A DNA stretch of 32,000 nucleotides from Candidatus Iainarchaeum sp. (GCA_043808785.1 JAZDEL010000010.1:150001-182000); one strand, 5' to 3'. Shown: positions 16,273 to 25,607, numbered from the stretch's first letter. Notes: generated from the sequence alone by a model not told the origin. A program made the numbers and translations.

Positions 16273-16767
16273 ATGCTCTGCGAAATCTGCGGCAAGGAAA
16301 CAGGTTCCGCATCCAGGGTTGTGCTTGACGGCGCGGAACTCGTTGCGTGCCCCGATTGCGCCGGTTTCGGCGACGGGGGGCTCGCTGCCGCCAGCGCAAT
16401 TGCCGTGCAGGGGAAGCCTAAACGCAACGCCGTTCCCGCGGCTTCGGCTTGGCAGCAGCGCAATTGGGGCGCTGCCCCCGCCCTGCAGCAGCGGAACCAG
16501 AAAAGCGCGGCTGATTCCGCATGGGCGCCCGAAAAAGCCCGTGCAGCGCCGGCATATTCCGAACCAGATATTGCGGAAAATTACGGCGAAATAATCAGGC
16601 ACGCGCGCGAGAAGCGCGGCCTCACTCTCAAGGAGCTCGGGGAAAAGGTTTTCGAGAAGGAATCCGTGCTGCACAAGGTCGAGAAAAGCAAATTCGAGCC
16701 GGATGAAAGGCTGAGAAAAAGGATAGAGTCCTTTCTCGGGATAAGCCTGCGCTCGGCGGAGGAGTGA
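16273..16767 (+). CDS. mbf1: archaeal multiprotein bridging factor 1 (zinc ribbon plus Cro/C1-type HTH)
   Basis: The N-terminal zinc ribbon is MLCEICGKE...ACPDCAGFG. The C-terminal HTH is IIRHAREKRGLTLKELGEKVFEKESVLHKVEKSKFEPDERLRKRIESFLGISL. I set the start at the internal ATG 16273. Confidence 0.85.
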   Translation: MLCEICGKETGSASRVVLDGAELVACPDCAGFGDGGLAAASAIAVQGKPKRNAVPAASAWQQRNWGAAPALQQRNQKSAADSAWAPEKARAAPAYSEPDIAENYGEIIRHAREKRGLTLKELGEKVFEKESVLHKVEKSKFEPDERLRKRIESFLGISLRSAEE

Positions 16768-16772
16768 ACAGT

Positions 16773-18200
16773 ATGGACTTTGCCCTTATCCTCGCCGTTT
16801 TCCTTGCGCTTTCCCTCCTATCCACATGGCTCATAAAACGCTACACAAAGCAGCAGACATGGCACATAATTTCCCTCATACGGACGAGTAAACATCTCGG
16901 CATTTTCGATTATTTCGCGAAAAAAATCGGCAGGCCGCTTGACTGGTTCTCGGACCTCGGCCTCGTGCTCGGCTTCGGCGCCTTCGCGCTGGATTATTTG
17001 CACGGGAGGAAAATGGGAACCCGAAAACGGGTTTTGTTTTTTATTTTCTCCGCATCCGCACTTACGCTCCTGTTCTTCGCAATAGACGCTTCCCTCGGCG
17101 GGTTCATGTCCAACTCCCCGCTTATGGGGGAACAGTTCCCGCTCCTTGCAATTGTTTTCGGAATAAGCGGGTTTTCGGGCTTCACTGTCTTGCTGCTTGC
17201 GATGCAGGCGATAGACATACTCGCGAAAATCGCCCTCGGCAGGCAGCCTTGCCCGGGGGTTGCGCCCCTCATCCCCGGCGTGGAGCTGCCGAATGTGCCC
17301 ATAGTTATACCCGTGCACGCGTGGATTTCCCTCCTGATAATCCTGCTTGTGCACGAGGGCATGCACGGCATTGCCGCAAGAAGGCAGAAACTGAAAATAA
17401 AATCCGCGGGCGTGCTTCTCCTTGGCTTCCTCCCCCTCGGCGCTTTTGTCGAGCCGGACGAGAAGCAGGTTATGCGGAAGGACGGGGCTTCAAGGCTCAG
17501 TGCTCTGCGCCTTTTTTCCGCGGGGCCTACCGCAAACCTTGCGTCAATGCCCGCGATAAAACTTTTCGCGCTCGGCATTTCCCTGCTCCTTGCGTTTTTT
17601 GTTGCCCCCTGGTATGCGCCGCTGCACAGTGAGGCAGTGCTCGGTGTCGGCATCGCTTCCGTGGATGCGAATATTTCCTTCTGCGGCGACGTTTACGAAA
17701 GCTCCGCATACGGCGCGCTTAATGCAGGCATGGTTATAAAAAAAGCCAACGACGTGAATATTTCAGGCCCCGAACAACTGCAGCTCGAGGTTTCTCAGCA
17801 CCCCTTCAAGCCGCTGAAACTGCTTGTGCAGGACCTGAACACCGGCGTTCTCTCCGAAAAAACCCTTTTGCCGAATAAACTCGGCCGCTTTGGCTTCACA
17901 ATCGAGGAAATAGGGAACCCTTCTTTTGAGGCACCGCTTTCATATTCGCTCATCACGCCCGCAATAAGCTTCCTAGAGAGCTTCCTCGGCTGGCTTTTCT
18001 GGCTCGGGTTTTTCATGGCTCTCGTGAACTTCCTGCCCATGGTGCCGTTCGACGGAGGCAGGATTGCATCCATAATTTTTATGCCATATTTCTCGCGCGT
18101 GAAACTGCCTGAAAAGAGGAAAGAGGAGCTTGTTGCGCGCTTTTTCCTCGCGCTCGTGCTTTCGCTGTTCGTGCTGAACGCGCTTCCCCTTTTCCTCTGA
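16773..18200 (+). CDS. site-2 protease family (M50) membrane zinc metalloprotease
   Basis: The HExxH motif is LLVHEGMHGIAARR and the NxxPxxxxDG motif is NFLPMVPFDGGRI. The protein is multi-pass TM with a central PDZ-like insert. An alternative GTG start at 16764 overlaps the mbf1 stop. Confidence 0.85.
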   Translation: MDFALILAVFLALSLLSTWLIKRYTKQQTWHIISLIRTSKHLGIFDYFAKKIGRPLDWFSDLGLVLGFGAFALDYLHGRKMGTRKRVLFFIFSASALTLLFFAIDASLGGFMSNSPLMGEQFPLLAIVFGISGFSGFTVLLLAMQAIDILAKIALGRQPCPGVAPLIPGVELPNVPIVIPVHAWISLLIILLVHEGMHGIAARRQKLKIKSAGVLLLGFLPLGAFVEPDEKQVMRKDGASRLSALRLFSAGPTANLASMPAIKLFALGISLLLAFFVAPWYAPLHSEAVLGVGIASVDANISFCGDVYESSAYGALNAGMVIKKANDVNISGPEQLQLEVSQHPFKPLKLLVQDLNTGVLSEKTLLPNKLGRFGFTIEEIGNPSFEAPLSYSLITPAISFLESFLGWLFWLGFFMALVNFLPMVPFDGGRIASIIFMPYFSRVKLPEKRKEELVARFFLALVLSLFVLNALPLFL

Positions 18201-18491
18201 GCGTGAATAACGTTCTGCCCATTTCCCCCGAACGCAAGCAGGAATGCGCGGCACCGCCCCCCGCAGTACCGGCTCTGCCGCCATTCCTTTGGACGGCGCA
18301 CCGCCCGAAATCCCGAAAGCCGCAAAAAAAACAAAAACCCCGAAAAACCGCACGCGACAAGAGGGAGGAGGATATCGTAATGTTTATTAAGGGGTAACTA
18401 TATTTATTAGTGAAAGATATTTTCGGTAATATGGCATTTGAGGTTAAATGTGCTTATTGCTGCCCACGTGAGGCAAAAAAGGAGAGGATGG

Positions 18492-19868
18492 ATGATGGAT
18501 ATGAATGTATACGTACCTAAATTAATCGCCGTGCTTGCTGTCCTGCTTTTGGCGGGAACCGCATACGCGGGAAACTGCGACGTCAATGTTGTGGCGCCGA
18601 ATGTGCCCCTTTACCTAAGTTCCAACAACAGCCCCACATACGACATCAACTTTCTGGTAAGGAGCACAACCCACTATGTGATTGACATAAACGCAAACAT
18701 CTGGCTTTCGACAGGCCCGATAGCCGCACAGGACCTTAACCACCTTATAGTTGCGGACCTGAACATAATGAAGGCAAGCACGGGCTTTGCCTGTGTTGCG
18801 TATCAGGGAGGGGTTGACTATAACTTCTATGATGCAAACCAGATGTGCAAATACACTTGGACGCCCGCCGTTGCGAACTTCCCGGACGGCAACTGGACAG
18901 TGGATGTGAACGTATATGCCGGCAAGAGGTTTGATATAGGCGTTCCAGTAGCGGACGGCAACTCGGACAGGGACTGGTCGGACAGCAATTTCAGGCTCGA
19001 CAACACAAACCCGGCATGCGTAATTTCGTCCCCTTCAAACGGAGTCACCTATTCGGGCGCCAGCTTTTTGATGACCCACTCCGCTACGGATGCAAACAGC
19101 GGGGGCATACTGACATACTACACGCACAAGGACTCCGACGCCTATGCCTCGATAGGCACCTCGACCACGAAGACATGGGCACTGGACTCGGGGGAAAGCC
19201 TGCCTGTTTCGCACACATACTATTTGAAGGCAAGGGACTGGGCCGACAACAACTGCACCGCGCAGTCGATTCTGGTGAACTTCCAGTCCGCGGCAGGCGG
19301 ATCTGTAGGGGGGGGAACCTGCGGTGACGGCACATGCGGCAGCGGCGAGAACGCAGGCACATGCCCTTCGGACTGCCCCGCTTCATGCGGCGACGGGGTC
19401 TGCACGCACACGGAGTCCGCATCCAACTGTCCTGCTGACTGCGTAACCGGCTGCGGAAACAAGAAGTGCGATGCGGGGGAAACATGCTCCAGCTGCGCAA
19501 GCGACTGCGGCTCATGCGCAGGTGAGGAAACGCCATCCGGCGGCACGCCCGGCGAGGGAACGCCCTCGGGGGGAACGCCTGTAGAAGTGCCTTCCGACCC
19601 GTGCGCCGGAATAAACTGCAACGACAACAACCCGTGCACAACCGATAACTGCTATAGCGGCGAGTGCTCGTCGGTTGCAGTGGCTAACGGCACAAGCTGC
19701 GGCTACGGCAAGGAGTGCAGGAGCGGAGCATGCGCCGCGGTTTCCGTGGCAAAGCCCGCGGAATCTGCTGGCGGCGTAGCGGGACTTGACATGACCACAC
19801 TCGGGCTGATTGTGGTTGTTGTCGTGGTTCTTGCAGGCGCGTATTTCTTCATGGTAGCAAAAAAGTGA
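18492..19868 (+). CDS. secreted, C-terminally TM-anchored surface protein with an Ig-like domain and Cys-rich CGDGxC modules
   Basis: The signal peptide is MMDMNVYVPKLIAVLAVLLLAGTAYA, preceded by GGAGAGG. Cys-rich repeats are GTCGDGTCGSGENAGTCPSDC, SCGDGVCTHTESASNCPADC and GCGNKKCDAGETCSSCASDC. A PT/G linker, a further Cys knot and a C-terminal TM (LIVVVVVVLAGAYFF) follow. Confidence 0.7.
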   Translation: MMDMNVYVPKLIAVLAVLLLAGTAYAGNCDVNVVAPNVPLYLSSNNSPTYDINFLVRSTTHYVIDINANIWLSTGPIAAQDLNHLIVADLNIMKASTGFACVAYQGGVDYNFYDANQMCKYTWTPAVANFPDGNWTVDVNVYAGKRFDIGVPVADGNSDRDWSDSNFRLDNTNPACVISSPSNGVTYSGASFLMTHSATDANSGGILTYYTHKDSDAYASIGTSTTKTWALDSGESLPVSHTYYLKARDWADNNCTAQSILVNFQSAAGGSVGGGTCGDGTCGSGENAGTCPSDCPASCGDGVCTHTESASNCPADCVTGCGNKKCDAGETCSSCASDCGSCAGEETPSGGTPGEGTPSGGTPVEVPSDPCAGINCNDNNPCTTDNCYSGECSSVAVANGTSCGYGKECRSGACAAVSVAKPAESAGGVAGLDMTTLGLIVVVVVVLAGAYFFMVAKK

Positions 19869-19981
19869 CATTTTGCCGCTTTTTTGCCCCCTTTTCTTTT
19901 TTTATTTTTCTTTAGCCCCCGGGCTGCGCCAATTGCCCCCTTTACGGGCATAATATTAAAAACCAGATAAATGTATTAGTT

Positions 19982-21796
19982 GTGGTTGATGCCGTGAAAA
20001 CCCCGCTGAAAATTGCCGCGCTTTTGCTCTTCTTTTCCCTGCTCCCCGCATGCGCGCTTGCGCTCTGCGGCGACAGCATATGCGAACCCGGCGGGTCGGA
20101 AAACTCCTGCACCTGCCCCAATGACTGCGGGCTGTGCGAGGGCAAGGTTCTGGGGGAGAAATGCAAGGTTTACGGCTGTGCCGTTGTTAACGATTTGAAC
20201 GCATGCAGGCAGGTCTTGCTAAGCAACTGCTGCGGCAACGGCTCCTGCGAGGCGGAGGAGAATTACGGCAGCTGCCCCGGCGACTGCCTGCCGTCAAACA
20301 TAACCGTTGAAATTTTCAGCCCCGCAGCCGGCGACATATTCTTCAGGGGCGAGGCCGCGCTAATAAAGGCAAGGGCAACAGCGGAGGGCCGAAGCGTACC
20401 CTCCGCAGACATGAGTGCCTTAGGTTTTTTCGGCTCGATGAAGCTTTACAACGACGGCCTGCACGACGACAACATGGGCGGGGACATGTTTTACGCCAAC
20501 AGTTATCTTGTGCCGGCGGATGCGCAGGAAGGGCTTTACGATTTCAATGTCCTCGGCAGGTTCATGGGTGTGGACGGAAACGCGCACGGTGTGCTCAATA
20601 TACGCCCGTATTTTTCCGTGCATATGCCGCTGAAGCAGGCATACATGCAGGGCGATGAGATGGTTTTCAGCGGAACCGTGCTGAAAAGGGGCATGCCCGT
20701 GGAGATTAAGATGCGCCTCACCCTTAAGAACCGCGGCGAAACCATATTCGAGGAGGCAGTTTCAAGCGATTCGAAGGGCGCGTTCGGCACGTCCTATCAC
20801 ACAAGCCTTCTTGACGCGCCAGGCAAATGGTCGCTGCGCCTTTACGGCAGCGACGACCTCAATAACCTCGTTGATGTGAGCCGTGAAATAGATATCGAAA
20901 GGGCAAAGACCGCGTCTTACCTCAACATCGCGCAGGTAAACAGGCTTGACGCATCCTATGTCAGGGAAACCGAAATGCAGGTTGTGGTTGACATTTCCGA
21001 CTCGAATTCAAGTCCCGTAAGCGGGGCATCGGTAACCCTCCTAACGCCGCTGGATGAAACCGTACAGTTCCAGGAATTCAGGGAAGGGCAGTACAGCTGC
21101 TCTTACCGCATCCCGTACAATATGCCGCTAGGGAATGCAAAATTCGAAATAAACGCCTCGAAAACTGATTCGGGCGTCAGTTATGGCGGCGCGAAGCGCA
21201 TATTCGCCACGGTAACCGCCGCGCCAATCGCGATTGAAATAGTGGAGCCGCAGGGCCTGCATTACCGCATAGGCGACACATTGCCCGTGGAACTCAGGCT
21301 TGCATATCCTTCGGGCGGGCTTGTCGGCGCAGCAAGGGGCACAATGCTCCTCGGCAAGGGGGAGGCGGCGCTTGTTCAGGCAAGCCAGGGCGTGCTTAAG
21401 GCGGATTATGCGGTAACCGACGAGGAAGCGGGCATAAGGAAAATATTTTTCAAGGTAGAGGACGATTTCGGCAACAGCGGCCTTGCGGAAGCCACCGTCG
21501 AGGTTTCCGGGGCAACCGTGCTTTACACACTGCAGAAGAACCTGCCCCTTGTTGCAGGGGGCGTTGTGCTTCTCCTTGCGCTTCTTGCAATTGTCGCGTT
21601 CATAGGGGGAATGGCCCTGCTCACGAGAAAAATGAAGGGCAGGAAAGCCGAATTGCTCGAGCTCGAGCGCAGGCTGCAGAAGGAATATTTCGAAACCCAC
21701 AAAATTTCGAAGGAGGAATACGAGAGCCTTCTCGCAAAATACGAGGACGAAATGCACAGCCTTGAGAGGAAACTTAAGGAGGGGGATAAGCAATGA
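19982..21796 (+). CDS. surface protein with Cys-rich modules, Ig-like repeats, a TM segment and a cytoplasmic coiled-coil tail
   Basis: The start is GTG and a signal peptide is present. Cys-rich modules are LCGDSICEPGGSENSCTCPNDC and CCGNGSCEAEENYGSCPGDC. The TM segment is near VVLLLALLAIVAFIGGMALL. The tail is RRLQKEYFETHKISKEEYESLLAKYEDEMHSLERKLKEG. Confidence 0.7.
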   Translation: MVDAVKTPLKIAALLLFFSLLPACALALCGDSICEPGGSENSCTCPNDCGLCEGKVLGEKCKVYGCAVVNDLNACRQVLLSNCCGNGSCEAEENYGSCPGDCLPSNITVEIFSPAAGDIFFRGEAALIKARATAEGRSVPSADMSALGFFGSMKLYNDGLHDDNMGGDMFYANSYLVPADAQEGLYDFNVLGRFMGVDGNAHGVLNIRPYFSVHMPLKQAYMQGDEMVFSGTVLKRGMPVEIKMRLTLKNRGETIFEEAVSSDSKGAFGTSYHTSLLDAPGKWSLRLYGSDDLNNLVDVSREIDIERAKTASYLNIAQVNRLDASYVRETEMQVVVDISDSNSSPVSGASVTLLTPLDETVQFQEFREGQYSCSYRIPYNMPLGNAKFEINASKTDSGVSYGGAKRIFATVTAAPIAIEIVEPQGLHYRIGDTLPVELRLAYPSGGLVGAARGTMLLGKGEAALVQASQGVLKADYAVTDEEAGIRKIFFKVEDDFGNSGLAEATVEVSGATVLYTLQKNLPLVAGGVVLLLALLAIVAFIGGMALLTRKMKGRKAELLELERRLQKEYFETHKISKEEYESLLAKYEDEMHSLERKLKEGDKQ

Positions 21797-23016
21797 GGCC
21801 CGCGCGTTTTTTGCCAGTTGCCTTGTTCCTCGTGCTTGCATTGTGCTTTGCATCCGCGGTTTCAATTGAAACCGATTCCGCGGAATATTTCAAGGGCGCA
21901 ACGATAAAGGCCGGCGGGGACTGCGATGAGGGGGAAATTATCCTGCTTAATGCCGCCGGCATGGGCAGGGAGGTCTTTGCGGAAAAATTAACCTGCGGTG
22001 CGGACGGCAGGTTTTATTTCAGCCGCGCGATTTCGAACCTCGACCCCGCGGGAATCTGGAGCGTAAGCGCCGAGGCGCCCAGCGGCAGTGATTCGAAAGA
22101 AATAACCGTAACGCCGACAAAGCAGAGCCAGTACCTCCTTATAGTTTTCCTCAGCCCCGGCAGCGCAACTGTGCACCGTACCGACAGCATCGAGGTGAGC
22201 GTAAGGGTTACGGATTCGGGGGAACCGGTTGCGGATGCCGATGTCGTGATGTGGGGCACAGCAGGCGAAAGGCATGCACTGGAGTATAAAGGGGACGGGA
22301 AATATTCCGCTACTGCGGAAATCCCTTTCGACGCCCCTTCCGGCGCCTGGAAACTTACGGTTACGGCGGAGAGCAGGGTTAGCGGCGAGCCGAGGGGCGG
22401 GGAGGCAGCCCTGATGGTTAACCTGGCGCCAACGCCGATAAAGATAGATGTCCTGCGCCCTTCGGTCACGAACTTCGATTCGGGCAGCAATATCCGCTTT
22501 ACCGTCGCGCTCAGTTACCTTAACGGCAAGCCCGTGAACGATGCTGCCGTAACCGTGGAAATTAAGGGCGTGCAATTGCCCCTGTCGTGGCAGAGCGAAA
22601 ACATTTACGACCTGAATTACGCCCTGCAGGAAAGCGATTCGGGCAGCCTGCCCGTGAACATAACCGCGGAGGACGCATACGGCAACAGCGGCGAGAAGCG
22701 CCTTGATTTGGTTATCGGCGGGAATGTCTGGAAATTCCTCGGTTTTGCGCTGCTTGCCGCAGCCGTGTGTTTTGCCGCAATTGCGGTTATTGCCGCAATA
22801 GCCCTCTCGAAATTAAGGAAGCACTCCGGCATTCGGTCTCTCGAGCACGCGATTGAGGAAACAAACGCAAAGGCCAAGCGCCTGCAGGAGGACTATTTCG
22901 AGCGCAACCTTGTCGGGAAGGACGCATACAGGGCGAGGGGAAAGGAGCTTGACCAGAAGCTGCGCTCCCTTGAGGATCGGCTTGCAAAGGCGAAGGGGAA
23001 GCAGCAAGCGCCATGA
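21793..23016 (+). CDS. surface protein with Ig-like repeats, a TM segment and a cytoplasmic tail; the tail is paralogous to the previous gene
   Basis: Its ATG overlaps the upstream stop (ATGA). It has a signal peptide and a TM segment (LLAAAVCFAAIAVIAAIAL). The tail KRLQEDYFERNLVGKDAYRARGKELDQKLRSLEDRLAKAKG resembles the tail of the 19982-21796 product. Confidence 0.7.
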   Translation: MRPARFLPVALFLVLALCFASAVSIETDSAEYFKGATIKAGGDCDEGEIILLNAAGMGREVFAEKLTCGADGRFYFSRAISNLDPAGIWSVSAEAPSGSDSKEITVTPTKQSQYLLIVFLSPGSATVHRTDSIEVSVRVTDSGEPVADADVVMWGTAGERHALEYKGDGKYSATAEIPFDAPSGAWKLTVTAESRVSGEPRGGEAALMVNLAPTPIKIDVLRPSVTNFDSGSNIRFTVALSYLNGKPVNDAAVTVEIKGVQLPLSWQSENIYDLNYALQESDSGSLPVNITAEDAYGNSGEKRLDLVIGGNVWKFLGFALLAAAVCFAAIAVIAAIALSKLRKHSGIRSLEHAIEETNAKAKRLQEDYFERNLVGKDAYRARGKELDQKLRSLEDRLAKAKGKQQAP

Positions 23017-23047
23017 GCCCGTGAAGGCGAAGGGGAAGCAGCAAGCG
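22987..23047. repeat. 24-bp perfect direct duplication spanning the stop codon of the 21793-23016 gene
   Basis: AAGGCGAAGGGGAAGCAGCAAGCG occurs at 22987-23010 and again at 23024-23047. Confidence 0.9.
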
Positions 23048-23173
23048 GGTTCCCGATGGCTGCGTACCCGGCAAAGGGCAGCGCCCCAAAATAAAAATGC
23101 CAAAACCACACAAGCGAAGGTTTTTATTGGAAAAAGGCGTTTATTAATTCGAATTGTTCGGGCGCGTGGCTGT

Positions 23174-24169
23174 ATGCACTGGTTTGTCGACAATCTCTAC
23201 GAGGTTTACAGGGAGGCGGAGCGCTTCCTTGAGCACAAGGCAGTTGCTTCTGGAGCCGCGGCAGGGCAGATTGCATCCGCAGCAAAGGCCGGTGTGCATC
23301 GGCAGGCTGAAGCCGCCGCATCTGCCGCGGGAGGTGCGCATGCCGCAGTGCCTCCGCAGGAGGGCGCGGACACCCAGAACATCTTCTCCATAAAGGACGG
23401 CGAAACAGGCCCCACAAAGGTGTTCAAGCGCGACGGCAAGGGGAAAGTAATAGAACTCATGCCCACTGGCGTGAGCAGGTTCGACGAACTGATTAAGGAC
23501 GGCGGCCTTGAGCGCGGCTCGACAATTCTCATTTCAGGGGGAACGGGCACGGGCAAAACAACCTTTGCGCTGCAGTCCCTCTACAACCGCGCGAAGAAAG
23601 GTGAAAGGGGCATTTACATCTCTTTTGAAGAGGAGCCCGAGAAAATAATCCTGCACATGAAAAAGAACTTCGGCTGGGATTTCGAGGAGCTGCGGAATAA
23701 GGGCATGGTTGAACTGCTTAAGTTCGACCCCACGAAGATTGCCAGGAGCGTCGAGGAATCCATAGTGAGCAGGACGGGAACGCTGCGCATAGGGTTTAAG
23801 CAGCTCGAACTGCCTTTCCTGCCCGACCGCATTGTTGTGGATTCCCTTTCCGCGCTGAGCATTGCATTTGAAACCGAGGAATATTACAGGAAATACATAC
23901 GCCTGCTCTTCGAGGCCCTTGAATCCTTTCACTCTGTGAACATGGTGCTTACCGAAACCGAGCAGAACCCTACGGTTTACAGCAGGACAGGGGTTGAGGA
24001 ATTTTTAGCGGACGGGGTTGTGGTGCTTTACAATGTCAAGCTGGACCACAGGCGCGAGAACGCGCTGGAGATTCTGAAATTAAGGAGCAGCAAGCACGAG
24101 AAGCGCATGGTGCCATACACAATAGGGCCCGACGGTTTCGATATTTCTGCCGAGAGGAAAAGCAGGTAA
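23174..24169 (+). CDS. KaiC/RecA-superfamily ATPase (COG0467-like, single domain) with an Ala-rich N-terminal extension
   Basis: Walker A is ILISGGTGTGKTTFALQ, followed by ERGIYISFEEEPEKI. Walker B-like is RIVVDSLSAL. I set the start at ATG 23174, because the longer ORF overlaps the preceding gene and the duplicated segment. Confidence 0.8.
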   Translation: MHWFVDNLYEVYREAERFLEHKAVASGAAAGQIASAAKAGVHRQAEAAASAAGGAHAAVPPQEGADTQNIFSIKDGETGPTKVFKRDGKGKVIELMPTGVSRFDELIKDGGLERGSTILISGGTGTGKTTFALQSLYNRAKKGERGIYISFEEEPEKIILHMKKNFGWDFEELRNKGMVELLKFDPTKIARSVEESIVSRTGTLRIGFKQLELPFLPDRIVVDSLSALSIAFETEEYYRKYIRLLFEALESFHSVNMVLTETEQNPTVYSRTGVEEFLADGVVVLYNVKLDHRRENALEILKLRSSKHEKRMVPYTIGPDGFDISAERKSR

Positions 24170-24174
24170 TTCTT

Positions 24175-24873
24175 ATGGCCGGCGGAAAATCGAAACAGGG
24201 AGCAGGAAACGAATTCCCCCGGGGGTTCATTTCCGCGGTGAAAAAGGACGAATTCCTCGGCGGCTTCGTTTCCGCGGTGAAAAAGCCTTTCACCAACGCG
24301 AATGCCTGGCTCATAGGGATTATCCTCAGCCTTCCGGTGATTAACCTCCTCGGCATCTTCTACCTTGCGGGCTATTCGGTGAGAATTTCAAGGATGGTTA
24401 TGCGCGGCGATGATGCGGTTATCGACTGGGACAAGGCGGGGAACAGGCTTGTTGTCGACGGAATAAAATTCCTCGCGATTTACCTTGTTTACCTCGTGCC
24501 CGCAATTATTTGCGTTTTTGCCGCGCTTCTCATGCTCGGGATAATGGTGTTCCTCGGTGGCGACTGGGTTGTGATGGCGCTCGGTTTCGCTTTCGCGCTT
24601 TTCGCCCTGCTGTTTGCCATTCCCGGCATGCTCTTCGGCACCTCTGCGGTGCTTAACTTCGCGAGGTTCGGCTCCATTGCGCATGCGTTCGATTTCGGCG
24701 CTGTTGCAAAGGTTGCGCTCGACATGCGCTTCATAAAGGCGTTTGCGGTTGCGCTGCTTTACGGCCTTTTGCTGAAGGTTGTTACCTTGGGCATTTTCTT
24801 CCCGCTTCTTGCGTTCCCCGCATTTGTGACTTTCTTCACGATTGTTGCGGATGCGTACAGGCAGGTTAAGTGA
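24175..24873 (+). CDS. DUF4013-like multi-pass membrane protein
   Basis: The pattern LAGYSVRISRMVMRGDDAVIDWDKAGNRLVVDGIKF followed by several TM helices is what I recall for archaeal DUF4013. The gene starts 5 nt after the ATPase stop. Confidence 0.55.
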   Translation: MAGGKSKQGAGNEFPRGFISAVKKDEFLGGFVSAVKKPFTNANAWLIGIILSLPVINLLGIFYLAGYSVRISRMVMRGDDAVIDWDKAGNRLVVDGIKFLAIYLVYLVPAIICVFAALLMLGIMVFLGGDWVVMALGFAFALFALLFAIPGMLFGTSAVLNFARFGSIAHAFDFGAVAKVALDMRFIKAFAVALLYGLLLKVVTLGIFFPLLAFPAFVTFFTIVADAYRQVK

Positions 24874-24894
24874 AAAAACAGAAATGGTGAATGA

Positions 24895-25500
24895 GTGTCG
24901 CCCCTCAGGTCAATTGCGCTGAGTTTTGCCCTTTCCACCATAATTTTCCTTTATCTTCTTTTAGGGCAGGGCTGGAGGAATGAGGGTTTCCTTTGGGTGA
25001 ATTTTCTATATTTCCTGGTCGTTAACTTTGCCCTCATTTTCTCCCTGCAGCCTAAAAAAACCGAACGCGCATTCTGGGAAAGTATTTATGCAGTTTTCGT
25101 TTTTGGAATTTTTTCATTTATGCTGCTGTATGTGTTCTCAATATTAGTCTCAATGCCTGACCCCCACTTTGCAGACCTCGCATACCTTATTACTGTCTGG
25201 TATATCGACTTTCTGGCTGTTTTTTTCGTATTTATCAGCGTAAGGAAAAGGCTCTTTCTGGACTCGGATGCAGAGGAGTTGTCAAAAACAGGCATTCGGC
25301 CCCTTGCAGTGTGGATGTTTTTATATTTCTCTTTTTTATCGGTATTTTATGCCATTATTATTTCACTCCCATTGCATTATTTGTTGCCGAGCCTCAGCGG
25401 CTTTGAAAAGGGAATGGTCGCCTATTTCAGTTTCGCTATAATCTTCGGCCTGCTGTTCCTCTACTACGTGCGCAGGGAGCAGCTGAAAAACAGGGGCTAG
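24895..25500 (+). CDS. hypothetical multi-pass membrane protein, visibly AT-rich
   Basis: This is a 201-aa ORF with a GTG start and about 6 hydrophobic segments. I recognise no motif. Confidence 0.5.
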   Translation: MSPLRSIALSFALSTIIFLYLLLGQGWRNEGFLWVNFLYFLVVNFALIFSLQPKKTERAFWESIYAVFVFGIFSFMLLYVFSILVSMPDPHFADLAYLITVWYIDFLAVFFVFISVRKRLFLDSDAEELSKTGIRPLAVWMFLYFSFLSVFYAIIISLPLHYLLPSLSGFEKGMVAYFSFAIIFGLLFLYYVRREQLKNRG

Positions 25501-25537
25501 TGCGGAAGCACAGTTTGAAAAAACAAAAAAATCAGAA

Positions 25538-25561
25538 GAAGGGTTCGTTTCCGAACCCTTC
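25538..25561. terminator. bidirectional hairpin plus T-tract between convergent genes
   Basis: The hairpin is GAAGGGTTCG-TTTC-CGAACCCTTC. It is flanked by an A-run upstream and by TTTTATTTTTTTATTTT downstream. It lies between the 24895-25500 (+) gene and ftsZ (-). Confidence 0.6.
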
Positions 25562-25607
25562 GCGAATTTTATTTTTTTATTTTGGTTTTCCCGCTTGATT
25601 TTCGATT

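Noticed and set aside
22853-23173. An N-terminal extension of the KaiC-like ATPase ORF.
   Set aside because: It overlaps the preceding gene by about 160 nt in another frame, includes the duplicated 24-mer, and is Arg-rich low complexity. The internal ATG at 23174 follows an AT-rich promoter-like stretch.
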